From Tubiluchus corallicola (Eukaryota; Animalia; Priapulida): DNA of 64,000 nucleotides. This document shows, piece after piece, positions 1 to 10,552 of the stretch. The DNA lies in contig JAQGDQ010000943.1 of NCBI GenBank assembly GCA_030141605.1, positions 1-64,000 on the forward strand, given 5' to 3'. The position numbers were made by a program, and so were the translations under genes. Position 1 is the stretch's first letter. Each line of letters begins with the position of its first letter. The notes beneath the pieces are model-generated. The model was not told the DNA's origin and ran no database searches. It was given only the letters and a program-made list of their open reading frames with translations.

Positions 1-460
1 ACAGAAACAGATGTGATACCAGACAGACTTAACGATAACAGACAGAGGATGATAACGAGATTAGAACACGTTCTGGTAGGCGAATTCAGAGACCTAAGTT
101 TCTTAATGATTATGTTACCTAGTTGGAGTATTAATAACCTTGATGTTGACCTTTAATTTTGTGACCTTGATATCTGCCTACATTGATGTTTTTCAGTTTA
201 GTTGGTCTACGTTACTTACTTTTAAAACGAAGAGGATGTGACGTGTTCTTATGACGTGTTCTTATCTGTGGCTAACATTTTAATTTTTGGTCTTACTAAG
301 ATTTCCCTTATTATTTAATCGGGCTCACCACGAGGTAGAAGTTACGTAATGTGGGATTTGCTTTGTTCATGATTATCTAAACTGATGCTCATTTAATAAA
401 CGTTTGTTTTAGTATTCACTAATTATTAAACTGTTGTGGCTGTATCTTGCAAACGTTACA
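1..460 (+). mobile_element. 3' end of Ty3/Gypsy-like LTR retrotransposon (pol tail, PPT, 3' LTR)
   Basis: 60-122 reads IRTRSGRRIQRPKFLNDYVT*, a typical Gypsy pol C-terminal tail. A purine tract AAAACGAAGAGGA (224-236) directly precedes TGTGACG (237). The putative LTR ends in CGTTACA (460), giving TG..CA termini with an imperfect 7-bp inverted repeat, and contains AATAAA at about 395. Confidence 0.7.
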
Positions 461-689
461 CTGTGAATAAACTATGTCAGAATACAGACTAGAATACAAA
501 CAAATTACTTTTCAAATTATGATAATTACTGTGTGTTATAAATGTGTGTATTGAGCACACTGAGAGACATGAACAGTGGAACACGCACATGCAGTAGAAT
601 TTTAATTTTTTAATTTTAAAATGGTGGTCAAGAAACAAAGCTTGTAAGACCACCATGAAAAGTGGAGAAAAAACTGCCTAACAAGAGAA

Positions 690-1040
690 AAAATAGGAAG
701 CACCAATCCCTGTGGAACAACACCTGTCACCAACCTTTCAGAAGTTTTTACACCATCAAGTACGACACGCTGATTTCTTCCAAACCAGCAATCGTCAACC
801 CAACTGATGATATCTTCAGAATCACCATTGGCTTTAATCTTTTTAAGCAGTCTTCGATGAGACACATTACCAAAAGCCTTGGCAAAATCAACATAAACGA
901 TATCAACAGGACTTTCGTGATCGAGCATAGAAGTGACATCATCGAAAAAACTTATCAGATTGGTCAAACAAGAATGGCCTATAGTGAATCCATGTTGGGA
1001 GTCAAATAATTTATTATTTTCTAAATAATCATTGATATAA
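690..1040 (-). pseudogene. Degenerate CR1/L2-like LINE reverse transcriptase fragment
   Basis: ORF 602..1057 contains QHGF..SCLTNL..DIVYVDFAKAF..HRRLLKK..RNQRVV..VTGVVPQG, which are non-LTR RT motifs with decayed residues. The fragment is truncated on both sides. Confidence 0.85.
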
Positions 1041-1280
1041 TGATGAATTGAAGGCATCTGTAAGCATTAAACAGAATTACAAATATACAAGCGAAGTCAT
1101 AGTCTAGATATACACAGTACAAAATATAATTAGTTATCATTATCCTATAACCATAGTCTACTGGTACATATGCCCCCTAAAAAATGGAGCAAAAATTACC
1201 TGTGAATAAAGCTAAACCGATTGGACTAAAAGCTCTCAGTAGTCTGGCGCGTCTACCAGCGAAGTTAGCAATCGCAGGAC

Positions 1281-4200
1281 ATGGCCGTCGACGCGTGGAA
1301 TTTATCCACGTTGCAGCTACTTTTTATTTGTATATTTTCATTAATTTTCACACAGTATTGCGGCAAGAGTGAAGAGAATGTGCTGAAAGATGTAACACGG
1401 GCACGCGTTGATGTAAGTTTTTTTAGATATAGTGTTAGCGTAAAAACTTTTTTCGTGCCGTAGTGTTTAGTGTAAGAACTTGCCTAAGTAACAGTAACAA
1501 CCAACACCATGCTACTACCTGAAGAGTTACAAGAGTACAATATTGCAAATGCAAGGACGAGGCGGAGAATATAAAACAAATTTAAGCAACCGGAGAAGGT
1601 TTGAAAGAGTTATAAATAATGTACACTCCAATAGTGCGTAGTACTCCATAAAACGATGCGTTTTCGCATTTTACTGGGTCATTAGGTTTGTAAATCGGTA
1701 AAATTTTAGCTAACTTTACGGACGAGACGGAGAATAAAAAACAAATTTAAGCAACCCTAGAAGGTTTGAAAGAGTAATAAATAATGTACACTCCAGTAGT
1801 GCGTTTTACTCCAGAAAACAACGCGTTTTTGCATTTTACAGGGTCATTAAGTTTGTAAATCGGTAAAATTTTTAGCAAATTTTTAGTGTTTTAGGCAAAA
1901 CACTGTGAGGTCGAATTAGTTAGTGCTTTGAGTGAGCACTGGACATTTTAGGTTTTTGTTTTAGAACCTTTTGAGCAACACTGACTACAATATTTTTTTT
2001 GAAAAAAATATCAAGTGTTTTGGTATCTAATTTTAAACATTACAATTTTCTAGGTATCTAAATTAAAAATAATTTTTTTTATTTTGTATTTAAACCCAAC
2101 AGGAACAAGCTGGGTGAAGAACAGCAATGTAGAAAACAGTTTTTAATTTGAGCCAAATGTCTGATGATCACATTTGAATTTTTCAGAAACCGAACATACA
2201 GTAACAATCACAGAATATTTTGCAACATGAGATTCATGATAAATTGCACAGAGTAAAAAAGTTTTGTTAGTTTGGGATCTGTTCTGTTGTTATTAATTCG
2301 AACTATTTTTGCATAGAGTTGTCCAGGATGACGATTGAACCGGTTTAAAGGAGCAAAGGAATTCATTTTCCAAGACATTCCTTTATTGTATCCTTTTAGT
2401 AAGTTTATCACAGTTGCAACAAGTGTGCCTTCAAGTAACTTGTATTTATCAAACAATAAACAACTTGTGTTGCGTTTTTGTTCCATTAAAAACATTTGGT
2501 TCTTTTTGGGCAGACCACTACAACAGAATCACGAAAAGAGCAGTACACAACCTACTGTTCATTGTCCGGACAGTCACTATTACATTGGGTTAGGCTGTCT
2601 ATCTGAATGGATAATCTAACTTGATGGGGCAATACGTATATAGGTCATCTATTTTAAAGAAATCGATCACTTTCATTGTTGTTTTTAATTCGTTAAATGG
2701 ATTCGTATTTGCCAGATCCAGATCAGATCTGGATTCTGACTTTAATTTATTGCGATTATGTAATTAGCAATAAAAAATTTTGCATCATTGATAGTATACT
2801 TTCGCAATATTACAGTGATACCTCGAGATACGAAATTAATTAATTCCGGAGGGGCTTTCGTATATTTTCGTATTATGAGACAAGATTTACCGTATAAATG
2901 GCGTAATTCGTTCCAGCCCACCCTTCCCGAAAACAGTCGTACAAAATGTAAATATTGCACCCACCCGAAAGAAATATGTTCGTTTAATGACTGATCATCG
3001 AAGGGTTTCGCTCATGCTCTCCTGCAGTAGCACTTAAACGCATGCCACTTTCATATTTTTCGGACCCATGGTTATTGAATGTGTTCACGTAAGATAAGAG
3101 CACAACAAAATGTTCACATGATGCTACGAAATGCATTCTGGGAGGACCACTGTCGGGCGGCACTTTCGATTCTCTTTTTCACATCTTGAATATTTTTTCG
3201 TTAAATAGGACGGAAATTTCTTCGAAGCCCAATTCGTATTCTGATTTTTTCATATAATAGGGTTTTCGTAAGTCGAGGTTCCACTGCACTTCAAAGTCAC
3301 AAAGCCAGTGCTTTGTGTTTACAACTATATTTGCTTTGTAAATCAGGCACTTACACTGTATCAGTAAAAAGGAAAAAGAAATGATGTCAGTTTGCTGACA
3401 ACAAACTATACCAGGTTATCTAAAGGCATTACAAGTTTACAGCTTTAGTATTACAACACAAGTATTGCTTTTATACAATGATAATATGTAAGTTTATTAT
3501 ATTATTCTAACTTCTCTAAGTGTCGACTATTAGTGTCTAATGATCGACTGTAATGATCAAGGCCTTATTTCATAGGCAGGATACCGCCTCGTGAGTTTGT
3601 AATTTATTGTTTTATTGTGGAATTTCTTGTTACTAAACCCATTCACACCTTTGATAATTAATTTGTAAATTAAAAATAAATTCACATTTGTATGAATTTA
3701 CTGGCCACATACTTACCTTTTGTAGCTTTTAATTTTGAATCTTATTGAAACTAGCATCCTAGAATTTTGTTCCCTTTTTAATTATTATCTACAGTTTATA
3801 AGCTGGAATAGTTCCTATCAAATTTTCCAGTCACAATGTTGAGTTCAAAAAGGTACCAGGAGCTGATCCGGTTCTCCATTTGCTAGATGAAGATGGAGAA
3901 ACTGTTGAGGTAAGTAACTTTTATCTGGATAACTTAAAGTTGCTTAGAATAAAATGTCACATTCATATTATGTTTGTTAAGTTAATTTACAATTGCATGT
4001 AAATGTTGCTGTTAATTTAGGTAAACCTATTACTTCAGTATTCAGTTTCTCTGGCTACCAAAGCTACCTTTCTTGATCGTACTTACTATGTTGAAATTCG
4101 TAGTAATGTTGAAATGCGTTAACGATTTTGCTGATACAGGTTTAAATTGTAATGAAAATATCTGAGAAGGCTTGAAGTGACAAAGATGCGAAAAAATATT

Positions 4201-5518
4201 GCAAAAATTATGGGCATGCTATTGTCATGATTGAACAAATTTTGTTGTACCAGCATGTGAGCAGGACTTTGTTTTATCTTGTAATTTTTTGTTCCAAAAC
4301 TTGGAAATAGATATTGAGCTGGAAAAGCAAAAATGAATGCTTCTGACTGAACACACTTGCATTTTAGTTCATACACTTGCTTTGATGTTGTCCACTATAG
4401 CATGTTTGAGCTAAAAACAAAAATTTGACTTCACACTTTCATTATTTTATAGTATAGCACTATACTGTACAATATAGTACTGTTCACTTGTTGTAACTAG
4501 GATCAAATTTAAACAATATTAGTTAATATAACTAGTATTTAGTGGTAATTAAACAAAAAAGATTCATTAACTTGATCATTTAATTGAGTTATTTTACCTT
4601 GCAAAGTTTAGCACTTAATGTGTTTTTGTTTTTAAAGAATTTTTAAATTTTTTCTTGGCACTTTTATGATATAAACAGTATATCTAGTTAGGTTAATTAA
4701 AACATCATACTAAAATTGTTCAATAATTTGTAAATATATGATAAATGTTTCTAACATAAAGTTTTCCTAGTAGACTGCAACTACAGCTGATAAAAATACT
4801 CACTGGTTGTTGTATACACATTGCACAAGTTTACAATAATTGGACATAGCAGCACATCAATGTTCAAATAGTATTTATTGCATGGCAAGTACATTCTTCA
4901 GTGATTTTGAGAAGATTATAGTTCACTATGGTGATTACTGTTAGCAAAAAATGTTAGTTTTTTATTTGATAGAAAGAGAATATACAATCAAACCTCGTTA
5001 TAACGCCCCACTTCATAATGCCAACTTTGCGTAATGCCAAAATTTTTAGCAAAACAGAATATTTATCTTTGTATAGACATGTATTTATTAATGCACCTGG
5101 TTAAAATACCAAACACGCTATAATTCAACTTTTTGAAGTCCCAAAACAGGTGGTACATAGAAGTCTGACTGTACTGTATTATTATTATTAATGCAAATGC
5201 TTTGCAAGCTTTACTAATAGGAGTGCTTCTAGCTCCTTGATGCCTTCGTCACAAAAAAAATTGAATTTTTAGAAAAAGCATAGCTAATATTAATAGTGTA
5301 AATACTGTTAATTTTCTTACATCATTTGTTTGTAGCTTTTATTTGACAAATGAACTAAGCTAAACTTTGCTTTTCAGAAATTTGCATTAAAAGACTTGGA
5401 TCGGGAGGCGTGCAATGAATTATTACTTAACCGGGGATTTTATAAAAAAAGCAACACAGATGATGAAGTACCTGAGGAATATCTTACTGGGCCTTACAAA
5501 TTGAAAGAAGAATTATAA
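1281..5518 (+). CDS. SELENOM: Selenoprotein M (Sep15/SelM family), 140 aa, Sec at TGA 2329-2331
   Basis: Exons 1281-1412, 2317-2387, 3831-3909 and 5378-5518 join in phase (423 nt). The product is a hydrophobic signal peptide followed by ..RARVDSCPGU RLNRFKGAKEFIFQDIPLFHNVEFKKVPGADPVLHLLDEDGETVEKFALKDLDREACNELLLNRGFYKK..KEEL*. It matches the remembered SelM pattern (CxxU, LNR, DIP, PGADP, GFY) and has a KDEL-like ER retention end. A SECIS lies downstream. Confidence 0.93.
1555..1885. repeat. Tandem duplication, about 165 bp x2, in SelM intron 1
   Basis: GGACGAGRCGGAGAATA..GTAAATCGGTAAAATTTT occurs at about 1555 and about 1719, with scattered substitutions. Confidence 0.85.
2388..3830 (+). other. 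U12-type (minor spliceosome) GT-AG intron
   Basis: The 5' splice site GTATCCTTTT is the U12 consensus. TTCCTATCA (3812-3820), an imperfect U12 branch-like motif, lies about 10 nt before the AG. This donor is required to keep the SelM frame (QDIPLF|HN). Confidence 0.8.
2813..3286. mobile_element. pogo/Tigger-like (Tc1/mariner) MITE
   Basis: TIRs CAGTGATACCTCGAGATACGAAA and TTTCGTAAGTCGAGGTTCCACTG, with TA on the left flank. Confidence 0.7.
4985..5171. mobile_element. Short decayed Tigger-like MITE
   Basis: TA|CAATCAAACCTCGTTATAACG ... GAAGTCTGACTG|TA form imperfect TIRs with TA flanks. Confidence 0.45.
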
Positions 5519-6846
5519 ATATACTATACTACTTTTTGTTAACAAAACAGTACTGGACATTTTATGGTAAGGTGAAAGTAAATGACATCGTAATTTAAAG
5601 CAAATTCTTGGTTAACTAGTTTAATTAAAAATTCTAAATATTTTCTTTTGGTGATCTAATCTCTTAAGCTCGTAAGGTACTGGGAGTATTCTAGTAAATC
5701 CTAGCAATTTTTCTTATTGATGTGAAACTTGAATATGGGAATAGGTGTATACTTACATACATCAATTTGCCTATGAATAACAGCACAAATAAACAAGAAT
5801 GCATTCGTCCTTTTTGTAAAATAAACAACAGGAAAACATGTTAAGGTTGACATGCCTCTCGGGCTATCATTCTGCAACAAATAGCTCATTACAAAATTTT
5901 TGAAATTGAGTGATGTGAAGTGGTGAAAATAGAAAATTTTAATTATAATCAAGGCATAATAGTGCTAATGAAGCAGTTTTAATGGAATCGTGATGCCAGT
6001 GGTGCTGATAGTTGGTTTTTCTCTCTCAGATTCACAAACCGAAAAATTACTGTGGCTCTTTCATGTAACTTCATGATTTCAATGTTTTGATTGAGCATTG
6101 AACGTCGGGATTTTTTTTAATTCTAATTCGATTCAAATCTGAAAATATGAATCGAATAATTGAGCATTTCAAGTACATACGTTCTTTATCATCAAAATGT
6201 TTGAACAGCATGCAGTCATCACAGTTTAGCTGTGATTTCTGTACAGAATTTTTAAACAAATATTAGTGTTTTTGCAACATGACAAAGTCAGGCAACATGC
6301 ATGCACCATTTTTATTAATGGTTCAAGACTTTATTCAAAAATCTTTAAAACTGAATTCTATTTCGATTTGGATTTGAAATCTTGAATTTCAGTTTTATTT
6401 GAGTTTGTAAATCGAAAATCGGTCTATTTAAATTCGCTTTCAGATTCAGAATGCTGACCCTCTAGTTTTGATGGGCTCAAAGAGGCATAGTGACCTGTTG
6501 GTTTATAAGTTTCGGGTCATCAAAGAGGAAAAATCAAAATTGAACTCTTGATGTTAAAACTTTCTTAGTACTTCTATGCTTTCATTATAAATAAAATTCT
6601 TTTATTTGAATTCTTTGCAACATCACCTTTCGTAGGCTGCTAATTACTGTGCAAGCAGTTCTAAAAATTGCACATGTTAACTTTGAAATGTTTTGTAATT
6701 ATTTATGTCAGCAAAAGAATGAATGCAACATTTTTATTTGTGCTGTCAGCCATAGGTGAATGTGCAATTATAAACCTTAAACAAGTAAAACAGTGCAACT
6801 GTTGAGCATTTTTTAAGACATATCAAGATTGATCATCAACTATTAG

Positions 6847-7286
6847 CAGGGCCATCTTAACAGCATCATAGGCCCCCGGGTATAGCAGTCCCTAGAATAA
6901 ATATATATATATATGTATTGTATTGGTACTACCAACAAAATCAGTGTTTAAACATTATTCCTAGTGAACCTGAGATCCAATCTATAATAATCAATGGCAT
7001 ATAAATATAAACATTGTCATGGCTATTATCTAGTTTGTTGAGGTGATGCTAACACATACCCTGTTACATTATGTAGTATGTGAAGTTGCAAAGATGACCA
7101 TGATACTAAATCAGACGCAAATGCTAATGTCAAGTTGTAACACAACAACAAATATTTACAGCTTAGTATAATATATTATTTATTTGTTGACAGCAAGTCA
7201 CAGCATACATAGGCAAGCATGAGACCCCTATGCTCATGATGCCCTCAGGCAACTGCTAAACTTGTTCATGCATTAAGGTGGCCCTG
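6847..7286. mobile_element. hAT-type MITE (440 bp) within the putative SelM 3' UTR
   Basis: TIRs CAGGGCCATCTTAA and TTAAGGTGGCCCTG match at 13/14. The 8-bp flanks ACTATTAG (6839-6846) and TCTATTAG (7287-7294) look like a target-site duplication. Confidence 0.8.
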
Positions 7287-7527
7287 TCTATTAGATGTTT
7301 TTTCTCAACAGCCAATAACTACATTGTTTCAACCATAAAGTGAGAACTGCTATATGATACACTAATGGACTTATTAAACGTTAAATATAAATATCTAGTG
7401 ATTATTAGGTCAACAATTTGAGGTTAGTGATGATTTGTTATTTAAGTCGATAGATTTGAATCTGAATTTTTATGTGCTGTGCAATGTTTTGAAGTTCAGA
7501 TCTGACAAGTTGTACAATCTCTTCTTT

Positions 7528-7591
7528 GCAGTTATAATGATGCTGGTAGTCTAAAACATACAACTGGTTACTAGTTGATATACATGACTGT
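7528..7591 (+). promoter_or_regulatory. Eukaryotic SECIS element (type 1) for SelM
   Basis: Helix I is GCAGTTAT/ATGACTGT. The core is ATGA (7537-7540) paired with TGAT (7576-7579). Helix II is 10 bp, GCTGGTAGTC/GGTTACTAGT. AAAA (7553-7556) sits 12 nt after ATGA. Confidence 0.88.
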
Positions 7592-7666
7592 GTGGATTGA
7601 GATGTACTGTTATTAAATGCACAAGTTTATACTGTATGTATATATTTTATACGAAAGACTGTGTCT

Positions 7667-7672
7667 AATAAA
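7667..7672 (+). terminator. Probable polyadenylation signal for SelM
   Basis: First AATAAA after the SECIS, followed by T/GT-rich sequence. Confidence 0.5.
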
Positions 7673-9922
7673 ATTACTTTGTTTATTTAAATTTTGTAGT
7701 TTTGTTACTGTAATGTACCTACATTGCATCTGAACAATCTAAGGTGAAATTCTAAAAACCTCTTCACTAATAACATTGGGCAAATCTAGTACAAGGTGTA
7801 ACCATTATTGAAATCTGACAATTGAGGAGAGACAGTTGTGAAATTCCTGCACTGAAGACCATGGACCATTGTGAAATGCTTTGCAAGAAAAATCAGTGCA
7901 ATAGTGCTCAATAAAGAATGTTTAATAATATCCCAGACCAGTGCCTGGCAGCCAGGCCTTGGTTTTTGACACAACAAACCCAGTTTTGCTAAGTGTGCTA
8001 GTTTTTATGATCTCTTTGTCCAGTCTGGGCTGTTTCCCTGCTGATTCCTGCATATGTTTTAGTTGAATGCTTTCTATATACATGTAGTAGTCTGTGTAAG
8101 TAAGACAGACAGACGGGAAGTCTAGATGGCAGTCTTTGTACACTTTATTGGTCTTCTCTATTTGCTAATTTTAAATGTAAATTCTAAACAAAACATCAAA
8201 ACGAAGTTGTATAATCAATATGTTTTCATTATACTATACACATTGCCAGCAATTATAAATTTTTGTTTCACTTTTATCTAGTTAAAATCATAAATGCATC
8301 TTATTTACAAAGTTTTCGGTCTTAAACCACAACAGTTAAAATGATAAAAACAAGAAATCAACAGCAAATATAAGTCACTGCGCATTTAAGATCATTCTGT
8401 CACCTTGATTTTATCTAGCAATCATTACAGATATTTGTATGTAGAAGAAAAAAAATTGTCTTATTCTCCATACTCGACTCGTTTACTGTATGAGGCCATT
8501 AATTTAATTTACAAAATCTTGGCATTTAAGAATTAGTGCTGTCTTGTCTAGCCAAAATAAATCTAGCCATAAAACCTAGCCAAAATATTGTTGATAAGTT
8601 CACAAGAAACTGTTCTGGACTAACAGATGTTATTTGTCAGAAATATTGTGATAAAATCTTGTTTTGCGACATGCATTCATTTGTATGATATCATATTATG
8701 TTACCAACATATTTGAAAGCAGAGCTGTGCAGTATGTGCATTAAAGGAGCACCAGCTCCATGTACATCACTACATCATGTATGCATTAAAAAAGCATGAA
8801 GTCAAATAACGATATCAATACTTAATCACCTACGTACCTTGCATTATAATGGCGTTATCACATCTCCTACCACCTACCTACCCTAAATTTGATATCTTTA
8901 TATGCGGATGGGCCCTATGTTGTGTGTCTGTCAAATTCTGCCAAATTGAATACTGTTGATTTGAAACTTGGGATGACACTTTGCACAATGACCAAATTGC
9001 TCGGTGTTTTGTAAAACATGATCAAACGAGCCAATTTGATCTTTGAAAAGAGCCAATTACTGTTTTACAGTTTGGACAATAATGTGTGATTTCCTGAAAT
9101 TCCGGAATGCAGAATGGTATGAGACAGCAACCAAACCAACACCTAGACAAATTAAAAAACTGTAAATCTTCTCATTACTAATATGATGATTGTCTTGATG
9201 ACTGTAAGATGTTAAAATAATGTTTTACTACAAGCTAACAATAATCCTTTTATGATTTATAGTTTGTTTTATCAACAACATTTTCACTAAAATGCATAAA
9301 ATTTCGATACACATGTTATTTCCCTCATGAAACAGATTGGTACATGTATGTTATGGGTACAAAAACGGTGACCGGTAATAAAGCCACAATAGAAAGGTCA
9401 CAGAAAAGGTCACAATTTTGGTATAGGAAAAAGTCACAATTAATTTTGGCTAGGGTTAGTGTTAGGGTTATTTCTTTCTTTCCTGTGCCTTTTTTCCTTT
9501 GACTATTTTACCTGGATTCACAAAAACGATCGGTAATAGTGCCACCATTGTATTTTAGTGTCGACGCTTAGCATGTCTCCCATAGGCTGCAATTTTGAGG
9601 GTACGATCAGTGCATTGACCTGAAAACTCTGGGTTTAATTTTTTCGATCAAATTGAACTGCTTTTAAATTTGCTGAACTGAACCTCACCGCCAAACATAT
9701 TGGAGCTGCGGTAAAAGGCAATGCTGACTAAGATAAAAGCATTTCATTGATTGGTATTCAACAGACAACCTTGTGAGACATCTTCAATTTGTATTGGAGG
9801 ACCTAGAGTTTTTTACCCCTTTCCAAAACCCATACTGCGCTAGAAGTGCGAGACTTCAACTCGAACACACAGATTCTCTGCTGCTTCAGCAATACTTTGA
9901 TGTAATAAATTGTTCTATACTA

Positions 9923-10552
9923 TTACTCGTCGTTTTTATACACCCCTAGCAACCTGTATGGACAGCAGAAAAACATAACGTGACAGAAAAGATAATTTAC
10001 TTGACTGTTTACAATGACACTGTCATTGTAGAAAACAGAAATAAATTGTCCAGAGAATTTCACGAAAAATACCAAAAACTGGCAGAATGTTAAATTTGTT
10101 TCTTTGGCAACTTACCCGAAAATGCAGCAGAGTCCAGAAAATAACCAAGCGACACACCCTGGAGTTGATTCTACCCTGGTGAGGACGTTGGCATGACAAT
10201 GTGGGCAACGGATACGTGTGGACTTCTCGCCTAATGTACTGCTAGGCATAGTTATAACTGAACGTCCAGTGGCTGTTTGCACTTGAATGGGTTGTTGGTT
10301 AGTCGCCATCTGAAAATACGGATCATTTGGGTAAGGGGAGTGGACCGCTTGCGGCTGTTGGGTGTAGAATTGTTCGCCGTATTCGCCCGGAGTGTAAGGT
10401 GGTGGCGGCTCATTGTAGCTGATACTTTCCAAATCTTGTTGCGGTGTCCTAGTTTCCGTGCCTTGGCCGCCTTCTCTGTTAGGGTGCTGGGCCGTGAGGC
10501 CTTCGTTTTCTGCCATATTCGGCGCTTCACTTCTTTCTGCTGTACCTTCCAT
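9923..10552 (-). CDS. LITAF: LITAF/CDIP1-like protein, apparently lacking the second zinc knuckle (about 155 aa)
   Basis: Exon 10552-10116 has a Pro/Gln-rich N-terminus with PPPPY, then CPHC..TRVESTPG..WL..LCCIFG, and ends at a GTAAG donor (10115). After an acceptor CAG (9956-9954), exon 9953-9923 gives G-LLGVYKNDE*. An acceptor at 10564-10566 implies further upstream exon(s). Confidence 0.75.

Noticed and set aside
5962-6014. Possible second SECIS (ATGA-AGCA..AA..TGCT-GAT) in the SelM 3' UTR
   Set aside because: Only 9 nt between ATGA and AA, a mismatch-rich helix II and a weak helix I. The 7528-7591 element fits far better.
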